Made by a program: the position numbers and the translations under genes. DNA of 64,000 nt from Marsupella aquatica (taxonomy: Eukaryota > Plantae > Marchantiophyta): assembly GCA_973895155.1 (NCBI GenBank), contig OZ316897.1, forward strand, positions 14,073,375-14,137,374. Direction: 5' to 3'. Shown here piece after piece: positions 1 to 13,246 of this stretch (position 1 is the first letter of the stretch; each line of letters starts with the position of its first letter). Under the pieces are notes generated by a model. The model did no database searches and was not told where the DNA came from. It was given only the letters and a program-made list of their open reading frames with translations.

Positions 1-3000
1 GTATCGAGAGGACATGCTCACTGGAAAAGTAGCACAGAAGGTCATAAGGTATTTTCCTCTTATCCCTAGATTACGGCACCAGTACCGATGTGCGGAGTTG
101 GCTGAGTATATGGTGTGGCATTCCAAGAACCGGTCAGATATGACTTCAGATCCGCCCACCATGCGTATGATGGTGGACTCACCTGCCAATAGGTTTGTGG
201 AGGACCGATGGGGTGACTTCAAGACAGATCCACGTCATGTACGTCTAGGTTTGGCATCAGATGGGATCAGCCCCTTTGCATTGGCAGGGAAGGTCCAACC
301 ATACTCAGTTTGGCCAGTAGTCCTTACAAATTATAACATCCCTCCATGGATGGCCATGAAGAAGGGTGATTTGCTGCTCTCAATGATTATCCCAGGCCCC
401 AAGCAAGTAAAAAAGATTGATGTTTACTTGCAACCATTGTTGGAGGAGCTTCAACAACTATGGAGAGGAGTGGATTGCTATGATGGTCGAGTGCTTACGA
501 GTGGTTTACCTCGTGAATTTAAATTGAAAGCCATCTGTATGTGGACCATACACGATCTTCCGGGTATGTGGAAATATACCTCACCCCATATAAATTATGC
601 ATGGTTTGTTATTTCTAGATAATATACCTCACCCCATATTAATTATGCCTTGGTTTATCATATATTGGACCACTGGCCATTGTTTAATGTATGCAATGGG
701 TGTGAACATTGTAGGGTTTGGATATATCTCTGGGTTGCAGGTCTCGGGATACCAAGCTTGCCCAACTTGTGGGCCCGATTTGGAGGGAGTGGCGCGCCCA
801 AAGTCTACCACCCTACGGAAGATAGTTTACATTGGTCACACAAAGTATCTCCCCCCACAGCATGAATGGAGGCGTGACCCATTCTTATACGACACAGATG
901 ATGGCCAACCAGACACACACCCTCAACCAGTGCCAAGGGATCCACGTTATTGGAAAGATGTATGGGATAGAGTGACAGACCCGGATGATCCATTACAGTT
1001 GGCCCGGTGTGGCATGACTCGATTGTCTGCATTAATGTCAAAGCTGCCATATTGGGCTGAGATGCCAATTAACCATTTGTTTGACCCTATGCACATTGAG
1101 GGGAATGTTGGGAGGTCATTGATTCGCCATCTATATGGAGAGAAAGACAACAACTGGAGAGAGAGTTGTGAGGAGATGGGGATACATGGCCCTCATGGGT
1201 TTTGGCCATCTATGGATCCTCCTAATGCCTCCCTTACTATTCACCCTCCTTGGGTATTGACCAGAGGTGAGCGGACTGAGTTTCGCAAACATATAGGGTC
1301 AATGAGGTTTCCCACAGGTTATGGTGCCAATCTTCGTAAGGCATTTGGGGGCGATGATTCTCCAAAATGGCCATCTTACCTGAAAACACATGATTTTCAT
1401 CGGTTACTCGAACATGTCATTCCAGTTGCGATTATTGGATTGGGTAGTGAGGATCTTCGAGATGCCCTGTGGTCATTAGGTAAGCTCTTGAGGTGGGTGT
1501 GTCAAAAAGAGGTGAATGAGGATGAGATTGCAGCGATGGACCTTTTTGGAGTGGAGGTATTGTGCAAGTTGGAGAGGGCACTCCCTCCTTCATTCTTTGA
1601 TGGTCAAGTTCACTTCCTCCTCCACCTAGTGCGTGAGGTTGCGATTGCAGGGCCGGTACATTGTCGTTGGATGTACTGGGTAGAGCGGTATATGGGAGTG
1701 ATGAAGTCATATGTGTCAAATCGTGCGAGAGTGGAAGGTAGCATTGTTGAGCGTCATCTTGGAGCAGAGAGCATGTTTTATTGTACAAACATTGTAGCTA
1801 CACTTGATCCCAGAGCTCCAAGGGGCTGGATAGACGAGGCATCAAGGGAAGCAGACTTTGAGGATGACTGTCTTACAGGGGCAAAGGGAGAACGACTTAT
1901 GGGCTCAACTGAGCATCTTCAACTTACTACATTTATGTTGTATAACTCGCCTGAGATTGTGGGAGATTAGACAACTTTTTATGAGGAGGAAAAGGCAAAT
2001 AGTCATCGGCCACGCAACTTCCCCAAGTTTGTCCCATACATGAGGGCAAAGTTGACAGAGATCGATGCCTTGTTGGAGCAAGGGGAGAGTGTGTCAGACT
2101 TCCCTTTGGTTACCGATAGTCTTCGCACCTTGGTTCATGGACCATTACTTACGGTGACAACTCGGACAGCCATGTGGTCAAAGGGAAGACATTTCCGTGT
2201 GCAACGACTTGATGACAAGAGGGCAGCTACACAAGATTGTGGGGTCATGGGTTGGTTCACCCAAGATTCACAAAGTAGCATATCTGATAGGAATCCAATA
2301 CGCTCTATGGTGGCCCACTACGGAAAGATTGAAGAGATATTGAGTGTGAAGTACCATGCGCACACCACTTTGGAGGAGGTGGTGTTGAAGTGCAAATGGT
2401 TTCGGATGAACCTTGTTGGCCAAAACCGAACTTGCGAAGAAGATGCTTGTGGGTTCACACGGTTGAAGACAGGTGAAAATAGTGTCATTAGCTCAACTTG
2501 GAGAACCTCTGATCCATTTGCATTCCCCCATCATCTTGAGCAGGCCTTCTATCTTCCCTATCCCGATGATCCTAAGTGGTCCATTGTCATGAGTTATATT
2601 CCACGATCACGATCCATAGTCCAGGAGCGACCCAATGTAGTTGTAGTTGAATGAAGATTTGTACCCCGAGCCTTGAGGTCCTTGCTAGTGTACCTTGGGA
2701 CCAATCAGATAGAACCACCTCTGAATGTTTACTTTTACCGGCATTATATATGATTGTTTTATTTCATGTACCCTCTCCTATGAGAGTGACCACATTTCTT
2801 AATAAACTTATGAATGTTGGTTTTCCCACACTCTGTCCGATGTAGTGACCAACGGAAAGTACTCGGAAACATAGTGCCTTACAATTGTAGCAATATCCGA
2901 TTCAATCTGTATCGAACCCCTCATGAAAGTTATCGGAGACATTTCCGATACTCTCTGCATCGGAACACTTCCGATGCCAAAACTAACGGAAATAGGGACC

Positions 3001-3152
3001 GATGGCTTTTGTATCGGACAAATAATATGCAATGTACAAATAATGGCAAATTGCGTAAGGTAAAATATCGGAACCGTGCGACGGTATTAGTATCGGAAGA
3101 GTGACGAGGTGCGATATCGAAGCATCGGAAAAACGCTGAAAATGTACTAGTG
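1..3152 (+). mobile_element. CACTA DNA transposon, right portion including the right terminus
   Basis: TnpD is followed by subterminal repeats in both orientations (ATCGGA/TCCGAT, ~2835-3130) and ends in ...ATGTACTAGTG at 3152, whose reverse complement starts CACTA. Confidence 0.85.
2..2654 (+). pseudogene. CACTA (En/Spm) TnpD-like transposase, 5'-truncated by the window edge, one intron (564-714) and one in-frame premature stop (1968-1970)
   Basis: Transposase_21-type motifs (KVIRYFPLIPRL, DPRHVRLGLASDG, YSVWPV, DVYLQPLLEEL, HDLPG..Y..CPTC, DPMHIEGNV, KTHDFH, PPSFFD, GPVHCRWMYWVERYM, RARVEGSI) followed by a DUF4216-like C-terminus (HYGKIEEI, KCKWF, DPFAFP). A GT..AG intron joins LPG to FGY in frame. 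ORFs 597-1970 and 2040-2654 are in the same frame, separated by a single TAG. Confidence 0.9.
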
Positions 3153-3214
3153 ATGCATAGAAAATATGTCTGAGGTGAGATAAAGATGTTGGGTTGAGGC
3201 ATTGAGAGTGTTCC

Positions 3215-3600
3215 TTAGTCGTGGAACTCGACTACCTTAACACTTAGCTCCAGCGTCACTGACTCCGACGCTGAGCTCCCTTATGGTCCAGGGCCGGATA
3301 GGCCATCCGGGGAGGACTTAGCATGGGGAGACTTGTGGGCAATGGGGCATGGCACTGGCAAAGGCAAGGCGCTAAGCTAGTGACACACACTAAAGACTTA
3401 CACTAACTGTGGGCTGGTCGGGTCAAGGGGAAAGGAGTCAGGCTCAAGGTCAACCCTCCGGACCCCGGACGGACTTTGAGTTCTGAGGGCTTGAGTGAGA
3501 GCTCATCTAGGGCCCAAGGCCAATGGAGTTGACTCCCTGGGCAACGGACGCTTGGGGCACGAGTTATGGCTCGATCAGGGTTTGGTCGATCGGGGGCCTG
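3215..3600 (+). repeat. GC-rich dispersed repeat, copy 1 (inverted copy at ~47940-48365)
   Basis: Colinear blocks such as CACTTAGCTCC, GCATGGGGAGACTTG, CTAAGCTAG and GAGCTCATCT..GGCCCAAGGCCA match the reverse complement of 48040-48365. Confidence 0.7.
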
Positions 3601-4963
3601 GGGTGGCAATGAGATCTGAGGGCCCAGCATGAGCACTTGGTCGGCCAATCACAACGGGCTAAGGCACTCCGCTTGTGAATGCCTAATTAGAAAGTTATGG
3701 GCATTGCTAGTTGGTGGCGCGCCCAGACATGCGGGTTGGGGTCCAGGGGGGGGCCAAAATTTGGGGACTAAAGTTGGCCCAGGGGTGGCAAGGTCCACCA
3801 TTTCCTTCCATGAAAGTGGCATATCATGTGAGACAAAATATTAGGCAAATTAAATGGTTTTGATGAAAGATTTCCAAAGTTTTGTGGAAGAAAATTGGGT
3901 AACCTTTATTATCCCCCAAACTTTACAAAATAAGAGGCCCTCCTAAAATTGGCTACATTCCATGGAAGGTGTTAGGATGCATATCATACATGTACATAAC
4001 ACATGCCAGCTCATAATTGGGACATGTGGCATCACTCAATTGGTACACATTATATTTATTGAATAAATTGGTTGTGGTATAATAAACTAATTACTGGTGG
4101 TGTAGGAGAAAGTGTATGTACCAGATGGAACTCACTTGCATGCTTTGACCACATACATTGGGAATGTGAGTAGAGTGTGACATGTATTTCAGTGTTTTAT
4201 TTTATTGACATCATTCATTTGAGGGTGGGTTGTTATGAGTGTACATTGACATTCTGAAGTAAGTATGAGTAGGATAGTGGGAGGGAGTTGGGTAGGGGAT
4301 GGCTGATTGGCAAATTGAGATATATATATATGCTCAACCAAAGTTGAATTCCCCTTCTTCATAGGGAGATAAATCAATCATGGAAGGGTTTGTGAAGTAA
4401 GGTAGAGAGTTGATGCCTTAACAGCTAATAGTGTTCAAATTCCTTTTCATAGTGTCCGGTACCTACCATGCTCTAGTGTTTGAGAATTCAAAGTGCAACA
4501 TAGACAAGTTGATGGTTGAACATGGAATCTAATGTACATTTATTTTAGTTGCATGGTCTATGGATGAGATGTAAGATATACTATCAATTGGAGAAGCATA
4601 GAAAATTGCATCATGTGGAAAGGCAAAGCAAATCACAGGATTGCCAAATTTTGGGCTTCAACTTAATGTTCCAATCTTTCAAATTGCGATGGTGGAGGTA
4701 CTAACTTGTCTTTTCTTTATAGGGCTTGTTTAATTCAGGAAAAACTTTAAGGGGTTAATAAAATAATAAAATGGCTGCTTTAAAGTAAGTAAGGGTAAAA
4801 AAAACGTTTGCACTTATAAGTTAGGGGTCCTAGACCCTAAAACATTGCATGCAATGTAGGGCCCTTCATAAAGTGGACCCCACCCCCCCCCCCCCCCTAA
4901 GGGTGAGGCAAAGATGTCAAGGCAAGGCAAAAATGTTGAGACAAGTTTAGATATCAAGGTGAG

Positions 4964-5826
4964 GAGGTATGTGCTTGATCTGTCCCTTGCCAATTAAAAA
5001 CAAATATACATGATGGACTTATACACAAGTTTTGTTACAAACTTGGCCCCCCTAAAAAATGTTGAACATTACAAACTAGGCCCCTAACATAGTTCCGTCC
5101 AAATGGTTCTTATGTGGTGCCTAACTGGGTCAAATGTACATTTTCCACAGCACTCCATCGCGCACTACGTCATAGTCCATGTCATGTATGCCTATGCTTG
5201 AAGACATAATGGATTATATCTTCACAAGATTATAGAGTTTTGGGGGATCCGTTGCTACATGACAACTGGTTTGTACAACATTTAGTAACATAGTTCTTGC
5301 AGGCTAGCAAAATTTTCCATTTTGACAAGGGCAAACAACTAAAAGTAAAAGATCTTTGGTTCCTTCCACTCTTGGACAATTTTGAACCTTGCAGTAGGAG
5401 CCAAGTGAACAGCTAAAATAGAGGATTCATTCCATACCTAAACAAAAGAACCAACTGAAGATAAATGTCAAAACATCATGCAAACCCTATGCATAGGTTG
5501 CGTGAAGCAACCTAAAGACGGACAACATGATCAAAATTCAAACCTGAAGACATGAACCATATTGTCTTCACTTAGAAACTCACAGTTTGCGTGATGGCCA
5601 CCACTACTCCATGGTTCCCCCATGGTGCAATTTAGCACGGTTTGACTCTAAAATTTTGTATGGTAGCTCTTATTGGTGATAATATCAAGTTAAAACTCCT
5701 TATAGGAACTGTTACAAGAACATCTGACACAAAATTGTGAGAGGGGGCCTAGTTTGTAACAAAAAATCTTATAAGGGCCTATCACGTAAATTTGTTTTGG
5801 TAGGGGTCCCATCAAGCATATACCTC
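4964..5826. mobile_element. Non-autonomous Mutator-like element (MULE), ~90-bp TIRs, 9-bp TSD
   Basis: TIR GAGGTATGTGCTTGAT... at 4964 and ...ATCAAGCATATACCTC at 5826; perfect TSD CAAGGTGAG at 4955-4963 and 5827-5835. Confidence 0.88.
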
Positions 5827-6809
5827 CAAGGTGAGACAAAGATGTCGGGCCGAGGCAATGTCAAGGCGAGACAACATTGTCAGACAAAGAGGTTCAAGGG
5901 AGACTAAAACAAATACAGGCAAGGCAAAGAAGCATTGTCATTTTGATCAATGTTGTTGGTGTGAGATTGTTGTTGTTAAGAAGGCCAAAGCTTGGAGTGC
6001 AAGGTGATGGAGGCAATAGAGGGAGTGTGTTTGATTTGTCTGTAATTTTTAATAAAAACTTACTAACTATTGCTTCTATTAAATTTTACAATATATTAAA
6101 TTCTTGTATTTTCATATTTTGAGTTTTATTTTTTATTCTGGGCAGCTCCAGGCAGGTTCTAGCAGGCATGGGGTAGCTTGGAAAGCATTTGAGATTGGAG
6201 GAGTGCTTGGGAAAATCTAACGGTGGAAATAAGTAATTTCATCAGTTATTAGTCATCTCCATCCATTAGCCTTATATCAGCTCCACCTCATCTCAGAGAG
6301 GCCGCCGAGTTGTGGCGTGAGGAAAAATAAATTAGGAAGATTTTTTTTAATTTAAATTTCACTATGAGGTGTCCATACACCCCATCTCAGAGAGGTCAGC
6401 TGAGATGGGCGGGTGTCTGTACGGTACAGACATAAAAAAATCCAAATTGTTTACTTACAAAAGTTATGATTTTTTTTTTGGCCCAATGTTTTTGTCCATA
6501 CGCCTATCTTGGCAAGGTCAGCCGATATTGAATCAATCTCAGCTACCCAGCTGAGTCTATGCGCTGAGGTGCAGAAGCCCCAGATGTCTCAGCTACTCAG
6601 TTGAGATTCATAAGTTTTTTTAAGTCAAAACTGATAACTTATATCAGCAGTTGAAAACTGATGATGTTGTGTACCCCCGAAACAGTGCCAAAAAATGGTT
6701 TTGAGGATTGCCCAGGATTGGCTCCACATTTTCCTGATTTTGGAAAAGGACAAATGACTGATTTGGCCGTATAGGGTATTATAGTGTTTGATAGGTCAAT
6801 ATTTGTGCC

Positions 6810-7090
6810 TTGCATAGAAGTTGTCATTCCGTAAAAGATTTTGGAATAAAACTGTTGTTACACATAATATGTCATTACTTAGCATACATGGTTGCAAAAT
6901 GATTTTTTTGTGCAAAAGATGTAGTTGTGCCAAAGATGTTGTTGCGGAAATGATATCGTTGCCCAAAAGATGCCATGGAAGATAGGACATCATCATATAA
7001 GAGAAGTTGTCGCATAGAAGAGATAGTTGACTGTATTAAAGATTTGTTGCATAAAGAGGTCATTCCACAAAAAAGGTTATTGCATGTAGG
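6810..7090 (+). repeat. Degenerate ~19-20-bp tandem repeat (AAGATGTCGTTGCA-like), copy 1
   Basis: Recurrent AAAGATGT(A/C/T)GTTG(T/C) units; a reverse-complement array of the same kind lies at ~48860-49170. Confidence 0.6.
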
Positions 7091-8944
7091 CTTTCAATAG
7101 GTGAAAAATGTCATCCTGTTCATTCTCCCCAATGTTCATACTCAATACTAATTGAGTGTAGGTTTCCTTGAATGGACATATTTCAATCCCTACACGGTTG
7201 TATAAGCTCATAAACTGTCATATTGTCACATTATCCTAGCGCCCAAAAAACTGACAGACCAAATCCAAAAACTAGTACAGATTCTCTGAAAAACTTGGTT
7301 TGTAGAGGATTGACTACCTTAATTTGGACGGATTGGATGTTATAGTGGTTGATGACATTGATTCAGAAATGGTTGACAATGTTTGAATTCATTCTCGGAT
7401 AAGGTTTAATGGACTTGCACTCAATGTTGCTCTCCATTTTGCTTACTAACCTTCCTCTTATTCTTCTGCCACTGCTTGAGGAGGGGGGATGAGCCAAGGT
7501 AGAGATGCCAACAACAGGCAGCAGGCCACTCAACTTACTACAATTCTATATATCACCCTAAACAAACTTGCAAGGGAACCTACAAAGATAGAGGCAGCAG
7601 CACACTATGACCGAATCCCAAATAGATGACACATGATACCTAAAACTGTTAAAAGTTGGAGTGTTGTAGTAGTACACTTTTGTAAATAATAGATTGCACT
7701 AAACCTCATTTAGAATTATATGCACAAATAGTGCAGATCCAGATTTACATTTGGTCAATTGAGATAGATTGATAAAAATTGCTAAGTACAGAATCCATAG
7801 TTATACTCACAATTAATTAGTGCTTGATGACACTGCACAAGGGTTTGAGTGGTTGAAATTTATAGATGTTGGCAGATGCCAGGCATGGATCCAATCTAGT
7901 TTCTCTCAAAATTTGCATAGATCTCAGATGTGTAAAGGGTAAGCACGCTATGCTTTCATGGTGATATAATTACACAAGAATATCAAGATTTTACACAAAA
8001 GTATTATGAATAGGAAAACATTATTCTGTCGGTATTCAAGCTAGCCTCAATCTGTCACTGCCGGTGTCCCACTCAAAGCTATAAATGATTTGCAAATGGT
8101 CATGTGAAAAGGATGTATTTTCATTGTTGAGCAATGTCACTGAACACTACGGTATGTTTTCCAAGCCAACTCATTAAATGCACGTAAATATTATAGATTT
8201 TTTAAAAGACTGCATACAACTCTATGTCCACATCTGTCTTGATACCTTTGGGACACAATTGCGCAAAGTTGGACAAACACAATGTGCACAGTTTACAACG
8301 GGATATGAATAATGCATTGTCCAATCATGATATACTAACATGATGACAATATAATCTATATGCACAAAGGTGCACAATAATAATTTGCACACAAATGCAT
8401 GTCTGGGATGCATAATGTATGGTGTACTCACGAATGATCGGCTACCATATGAAAATATTATTTGGTGACATAATCAGCTACCATATGACGATATTATTTG
8501 GAGACACAAGATTTCACTCAATAATATTGCGTCCTTGTGACTAAGAGAGAAATTTAATCAAAAGTAATTCTCCTTTTTGATATGTCAAGTCAGATTATAA
8601 TAATGATTGTCGTAGACTCAAATACCACCCAAATACATTTTCAAAGTAACATTAAGCCACAACTACGAGTAAACAAAGACCTCTTCGTAAACTTTATGGT
8701 ATTCGAAGCCTGCCAGGATTCAAACAGGAACCAAATCCAGCATTGGGCAGACGAAAGAATTTGTTTTATTATTTATTTATTTATATTTATTAACAGGAAA
8801 AGCAAGGATGTAAATTTTCTTGAGATCTTGCTTTTTAGCTGTACTGTGGATCGTTGCTTACATGGGCTGAAAAGACTTCTAGGCCCAAGAAACAATGAGC
8901 GGCCATGATCGCAGTTAAGATGAATCCGACAACCAGGAACAGTG

Positions 8945-9110
8945 AGATTTTGTTTCCTTTTGGTTTAAAAAATAAGAACTTGTTTTGAAAATGGAACAAC
9001 TGCATCGATAGATCTCAATGAGATCTTTCCTTTGTTTCCTTTTGGTTTGGAAAATAAGAACTTGTTTATAAAATGGAAAACCTGCATCCTTAGATCTCCA
9101 TGAGATCTTC
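8945..9110 (+). repeat. Tandem duplication, unit ~80 bp
   Basis: TTTGTTTCCTTTTGGTTT..AAAATAAGAACTTGTTTT..AAATGGAA..CTGCATC..TAGATCTC.ATGAGATCTT occurs twice. Confidence 0.8.
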
Positions 9111-12100
9111 TTTTTCAGCCAGAGACGGCCTGTTAAAAAGGATGGACCAAATTGCTAGATGCAAGGAAAAATGGATGCCCAAGCTAGTTTGAAATTGAAT
9201 GGCTGAGATTGAATTTGTCCAATTTTTTCAACTTTTTTTTAATTTTTTTGAATTCCACCAATAGGATTGAAGAGAGTGCTCTTCTTATTTTCTCACTTCA
9301 CATTCAATGTTTTTGGATGGAATTTGTACCAGCTGTAGACTTAAGAAAGACCTTCCTTTTGAGCGCTTGGTTGCATCTAATGGGAGGGAGAGGGGCGAGC
9401 AAAATGGGGTGGCACAAGGATGGTTGTGCCTCCACAAGGGAAGGTAAAGTATACAAGTCAACTGAAATGAAAATTTTGGGTAACCTGGAGCCCTCCAGAG
9501 CCTCTTGAACGTCAATATAGCTCTTCCGATAGCCTAAAACAGTTATATATGACTGTTTAACTGTGAGGGCTAGTTATTTGTTAACATCATTTGTTGCTCC
9601 ATTCTAACTAGATAATTCTGGGTGATGGGTCATGCCTTGAAACACTATAGTATGGGGTCGGTACAACTATTGCTTTACCCTGAATACCTTGGATATTGTT
9701 CCTAGCCAACTCCAACAATCTAACAATTCTTCTCGTAGTGCAAGCCAGTCTAAGCATAGCAACTCAAACACAATATAGGTGACAGTCCATGGATGGAAGA
9801 GCAAATAATCACTCCAGGTTGTCCCAGGTCCTAGGAGACTAGGGAGAACTGAATTGCACTAAACATCGATGATGTTGATGCTTGAAGGACCCAATGGTGA
9901 GAGGCCAAGACAACACCATTTCATGTAGTCTCTTTAGTGCTGAATTTTTAAGTAACAAGAAATTGTTTAGCACTAGACATAGGATTTTGTTTCCCAATAT
10001 ATGAGTAGAAGTGCTTAGAATGATGGCCTCTGACAACAGAACTTATTGAGTATCGGGTTTAAGGTTAGCCTCTTGGTGAGCATTACTAAGCAGCACTGGG
10101 AGTTTGAGGGAGCCATGCTACAATTGCTGTTTGGGATGGCATGGCCAGGCTAGTTGTGAAGTTTGTGGGGGCCGGCTCCACCAACACAGTTTGTCATAAT
10201 TTGTTTCTTTTGCTTGGGTGACTTTTGTGTTCATTTTTTGCTTGCTTGCCTTGCCTTCCCTGCCCATTTGTTGTTCATTTGCTTGCCTTCCCCTACCATT
10301 CAAATTGCTATATTTTTGGTGTCTTTCCCTGCCAAAGTGTGGTAATTGTTTTAGATGAAACTTGTATAAAATGTATCTTAGAAACTCGAATTCGTTCCCG
10401 TAAGGAATAAAGGAAATCGATTTATGATGGTATTAAGGTCTTTGAGATCTTTAAGAGTCTCTTTCCTTACACAACTACTATGTATCACTCAAAATATTTA
10501 TGATCAATCGTTTTCATATGGAAACTCTCAGACTATCGCTCCTTCTCAATAGAAGTTTGATTTTCGTTCCATTCCTAAATTCCTTATACTCAACAGAGAT
10601 CGGCTTTACATTAGGAATTTCACTACAATTCTCTAAACTCTAGATTTCAGAACTTTACTCATATTTTTCCATACAAAACCAAAGAAACGTTTTCTTAAAA
10701 TGTATTCATTCATTCCAAGGTTTGCAAGAAATGCACGAGGGAATCATGAATAACAGTGGAATTTGGGTAGTGCATTTTCTCATTTCTGCGATTCTTCCTC
10801 CTAAACCCAACCTGGCATGAGGAAAAGACCCATACTGGTCACAAATCGTTTCCAAAGAAAATGACAAGGCAATTTTGCCTGGGAGTTCAATTGTAATGCT
10901 CCCTCACAGATCAAAGAGATTTGAAAAGGTTACTAAACTACCTAAAAACTAACTATTCATTGATGGAAGATTTGAAAAGGTGAGTAATTCTAACTACTTT
11001 CCTAAGCTAAAATTCCTAATGATCGCTAAACTAGTTTAACTAAGCTAAATTCTATCTAATGAGCTCAATTTAGGAAAAAGGGAGAGAAAATAAATGGTTT
11101 AAGAGATGCTGAATCAGAATTCAACTTAAAACGCCTGAGCGATTCTTCCGATGAAAAATAGTTTGTTGGTTAAATTGATCTTCTTATGTCCTTAACTCCT
11201 TCATCTTCTTTAAATAACTTCATTTGTCGCTTAAAAGGTTTCAAAAGGTTTGAAAAATGTAAATTGAATACTCCTTTAGAACACTTCCTCAGAAAAGGCT
11301 TTCCACACAAAGATTTGTCTCGTTCACTTGCTTTGATTGTAGTACAACATCTCCATTCATATCATATCCAATTGTCTGCCTTGCCCATTCATCTTTTTGT
11401 TTTGCTTGCTTTCTTTTGCGAGGTCAGTTTTCTCCCTAGAGTTTACTTTCACTTCCAATTTGTCCTTTATGGAATCTTTCCAATCACCTTTGGTTGGGAA
11501 ACTTTACTGTCAACACACTGGGATCTAAAACATTGGAAATGTCACTATTTTTAGTTTAATGACTACTTTGTCATATTTTTCTCACTGCTGGGTAAGGAAG
11601 GTAACTCTTGTGAACTTGGAACAATCCTACAATCAACATCTGGGATGGTCATTCATATCCCCTACCCTCACTGCAACACTCTTTCCAACCCTCAACATTG
11701 TCCTGACTCCCTTACTTTGCTCGTGCCCCCTTGCGGCTGGCTGCAAGTTAAGGTTGGCTGCACCACTCCCCCATCTCCCCCTGATTGAGGGTGTGAGAAG
11801 GTGTTGTAGCTACATGAGGATGCTGATGACTGTCCGGTGATGAACACTTGCACAATGTTGACCGTTGTATCACTCCAAGCTAACAAGAATTACTTTGCGT
11901 AAGCAAATGGTGGAAAAAGGTGGCAATAACCTAACAAACTTAAAGAATAGCAAAGTATATAATTTGACAAAAAGATTTGCAATATATAATGCAAATCTCA
12001 GTTTTTGTCAAATTAGCAAGTGACTTAATTTGGAGAGAGGGTACATGAACTATGGATGGTATTTATCTTAAAATTTCAGTTGATTATATCCATGTTTAGC

Positions 12101-12204
12101 AGGTCTACTTGACAAGATGTTTGCCATAATGCAACGAATTACATGAGTTCACAAAAAACTGTGATCCATATATCTGACCACACACAACAAAAGTGTTATT
12201 TGGC

Positions 12205-12620
12205 CATTGTTAAGGACTCGTGGATTATTTACCCTTTTGCCCCTTTGCCCCTTTCTAATGGGCTACCTGTTCAGGTCCTATCTCCAGTTTTGGGCTTTTC
12301 TTTCATTGGCAGTGTGGTATATACAGTGGGCCTTTTTAAAACTGAATGCCCTTCCCAATTTTCCTTTTGTAATTTTTAGTGCATTTCTTAGAGAAGAATG
12401 CCCAGTCAAAATTGGATCCACCACTCTAGTAAGATTTCCTCTATTTTTACTAAAAATAATAAAAAGAAAAACCTCCCAGGCCTTAAAGTGCACGAAGGTC
12501 CTGTTTTCAGGCAATAAGGACAATCATAGTGCCTCAAAACTCAAGCCGAAAGCTCTCAATTGTGGGGTATTATTTCCCACAATGCCCTGGAAACAGAACA
12601 TATTATATACAAAACACACC
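12205..12620 (+). repeat. Dispersed repeat family B, copy 1
   Basis: Similar to the reverse complement of 14790-15150 and to 31560-31800 (shared blocks GTCAAAATT.GATC, AAGATT..CTC, AAGGTCCTGTTT, CTCAAAACTC). Confidence 0.6.
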
Positions 12621-13246
12621 ACATATGCCTTTCACCCTTTTAAAACTCTTAAAACCTCAAACAACTAAAATCCACAATTGAAGGTTTCCTGCTCTTTAAC
12701 AGCCTGAATATTAAGCAGCTGGTTCTTGACTCTTTACGCGGGGGTAAGTGGCTGCTCATGCACAAACCGCTCATGACGTCCTTCCCCAAAATGGTAAGTT
12801 GTTGCTCATGCCCAAACTACTCAGGAGCATTTCTTCACAAAAGTGATACTTCTATTGGCACTCACTTTATAGTAGATGAGCATTTTGGCACTCATCGTCA
12901 ATGGAGCAAATTATCTTGAAAGTAGCTCAAACATTGACAAGTAGTATTTTGAACATCAGAGACCATGCTGGAAAATTTTGAGCTTAAAGAGAGATCCCAA
13001 AGTTCTCAAAATGAATTCACAAGTCTGCCCAAAACCAAAGCGCAAGTCTGCTACAAACCAACATTTTCCTCTTGGTAGAGGAGACTGCAAAACTTCTTGT
13101 GACATCCTTCTCAATAGTGACCATCTAAAAGCAGCCAGTCAGTGAGAAATTATGGTGTAAAGTGTGGCATCGTGTTACACTGTCCATGGAGATGGGCAAA
13201 CCAGACTTCTTTGGTCATCCAGGCTTTTCATGGTCTTATTGTTCCT

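Noticed and set aside
597-714. N-terminus of the 457-aa ORF
   Set aside because: It lies in the predicted intron; it is not a separate gene start.
9530-10120. Possible LINE fragments (also ~19900-20520, ~26250-26950, ~33850-34600)
   Set aside because: Composition suggests decayed retroelement sequence, but no diagnostic motif could be read with confidence.
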